Source: a bacterium
GTDB taxonomy: Bacteria > Zhuqueibacterota > Zhuqueibacteria > Residuimicrobiales > Krinioviventaceae
Assembly (NCBI GenBank): GCA_963675755.2
Contig: CAXXMD010000002.1
Span: 1,056,001-1,120,000, forward strand
Direction: 5' to 3'
DNA: 64,000 nucleotides
In this document: piece by piece, positions 62,521 through 64,000 of the stretch
Layout: each line of letters starts with the position of its first letter
How positions within the stretch are numbered: the first letter of the stretch is position 1
Notes under the pieces: generated by a model
Database searches by the model: none
What the model was told of the DNA's origin: nothing
Seen by the model: the letters and a program-made list of their open reading frames with translations, nothing else
Program-made: the position numbers and the translations under genes

Positions 62521-63745
62521 GGTCGGTTCCTTTCTCTTTTTTGCCAAGCAATCTCTGCCTGCGGTGTTCCAACTCCGGGGTGCATTCATGTATCAATCCA
62601 CGTAATTCTTCCAGTACGCGTACACGTTCCATGGCGCGCTCAACAATCTCCAGCGCTTTGATATAATCCTTTACCTGATGCTCATAATATTTGGCCAATT
62701 CAATATAGGCAAAGGGTAAAAATCGGGATGAGCGATCAATAATCTCTAGCCACAGGGTTTCTGTTTTATCGAAATTTTTTAACCGTTTCAAAAGATAGGA
62801 CTGCTTGATCAGTATATCAATCGCATTATTTACTTGAGGCAAAGTATTTTGTTCGCAAATGGATATAGCAAGATCATACAGTTCCAGATCTTCAAACGTT
62901 CGCACAACTCCCAATATATCATAACTGTCCACAGCCGTGGGGGTCTTAAACGCTTTTGAAATAGCAACGGTAATAGTCACCATGGAGAGTATGTCCATCA
63001 CATTATGCTTGAACACGGGAATGAGCGGCTCGTATTCTCCCTGCCGCAGATAATCAAAATAAATCATGGGGATCTCGTATCCCGGTACATCACCGTGGCG
63101 TTTGAAACCCAGCAAGTGCTGCTCAAGATTTTGCAATGTACAGGGGACCACCCGGTCTTTCCACAATCTCCGGGATGTGTGAAGAATATCCAGATGCAGA
63201 TGGTTTTCCCAGGGCACAGGCAGGCGGTTTAAAATATAACGGGTAGTGAGGGTGGGCAAATCGTACGATTTACCATTAAAACTGATAATTGCATTTCTAT
63301 CCTGAAACAATTGAGCAAGACCTTGTAGCATGGCAGGCTCTTCGTGATAATCACGCATAAAATATTGCTGCACCACATATTCATTATTGTCAAAAAATCC
63401 CGCGCCAATCATAAAGGGATAGGTGCCGGTCCCTCCTGCGAGTCCAGTGGTTTCGGTATCTAAGAATATAATATTTTCCGGGGACATATCCCGCAAGTCA
63501 TGGGTTTTGCCGGCATAAATGAAATCCATTGATTCAAGCTTTAGAAAATCTCCCAAAGCGCTGCCGTGCATAAAATCCAACGGATAGCGTTTCTCTCGCA
63601 GAACAAATTCGCCCAATTCATTTTGAATAATGCTCGCACCCAACTCGGCAACAAGAGCATCCTTTTTCTCTGAACGGTCCGGCAACGGCGGTGTGGCTGA
63701 CACCGATTTCTGAATACCGCGTAATTTATCCTTGATCGAAACCAC
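62513..63745 (-). CDS. RNase H-like (DnaQ-type) exonuclease with C-terminal TPR, YprB/MrfB-like
   Basis: FLDTETTGL, SFNGKSYD, HLDILH, HNVMD; ELAKYYEH TPR. Confidence 0.88.
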   Translation of the reverse strand: MVSIKDKLRGIQKSVSATPPLPDRSEKKDALVAELGASIIQNELGEFVLREKRYPLDFMHGSALGDFLKLESMDFIYAGKTHDLRDMSPENIIFLDTETTGLAGGTGTYPFMIGAGFFDNNEYVVQQYFMRDYHEEPAMLQGLAQLFQDRNAIISFNGKSYDLPTLTTRYILNRLPVPWENHLHLDILHTSRRLWKDRVVPCTLQNLEQHLLGFKRHGDVPGYEIPMIYFDYLRQGEYEPLIPVFKHNVMDILSMVTITVAISKAFKTPTAVDSYDILGVVRTFEDLELYDLAISICEQNTLPQVNNAIDILIKQSYLLKRLKNFDKTETLWLEIIDRSSRFLPFAYIELAKYYEHQVKDYIKALEIVERAMERVRVLEELRGLIHECTPELEHRRQRLLGKKEKGTDRD

Positions 63746-63757
63746 GTGTTCTGCCGC

Positions 63758-64000
63758 CTATTTCCCGGTTGTGCTCATGTATTCAAACAATTGGATGGAC
63801 ACAGCTTTTCCCTGGTCTCCCACTTCAAGCACTGGCCCAACACAGGCAGGACAACCATTCTCGCATCCACAATCATTAACCAGACCGATACAGGCTTTGG
63901 CAATTTCAGGATAAATGCTAAACAGCTTTTTGCTGAATCCAACTCCACCGGGATACTGGTCCCAGATAAACAGTGTGGGCTTTTGCCACAAGGGTGCTCT
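63758..64000 (-). CDS. C-terminus of a DUF1998 DEAD/DEAH helicase, YprA/MrfA-like (partial)
   Basis: FIWDQYPGGVG and CGCENGCPACV Zn motif; the frame is open to the window edge; upstream of the MrfB-like gene. Confidence 0.88.
   Translation of the reverse strand, partial: RAPLWQKPTLFIWDQYPGGVGFSKKLFSIYPEIAKACIGLVNDCGCENGCPACVGPVLEVGDQGKAVSIQLFEYMSTTGK

Overview
AT-rich bacterial chromosomal window, probably from an FCB-group lineage such as KSB1/Calditrichota (inferred from flagellar genes co-occurring with many T9SS-type 'YPNPFNP...KxxLLK' C-terminal-domain (CTD) proteins and a PorV-family barrel). From left to right it holds: (1) the start of a sigma54-controlled flagellar cluster (flgB-flgC-orf-fliE-fliF) with an NtrC/FleR-like activator and a sensor-less histidine kinase whose phospho-acceptor His is replaced by Asp; (2) mixed enzymes, lipoproteins and marR-doxX; (3) a ~20 kb pectin-utilisation locus (HTCS, beta-helix CTD protein, PL1, TonB-dependent receptor, CTD-variant partner, PorV homologue, 5x-repeat lectin-like protein, PL10, GH28) with no SusD; (4) lemA/DUF2207, a PKD-GH31, and a compositionally mosaic block including katG; (5) tRNA-Ala(GGC), alaX and an mrfAB-like helicase/exonuclease pair. 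The leading candidates for new biology are the SusD-less TBDR-partner-PorV uptake module, a tRNA 3' trailer with an exact 19-nt complement to the doxX ribosome-binding site and start codon 51 kb away, a related orphan sRNA abutting a flagellar promoter, and the His-to-Asp pseudokinase. No CRISPR array, rRNA, integrase or transposase was seen. All calls come from reading motifs by eye, with no database searches.
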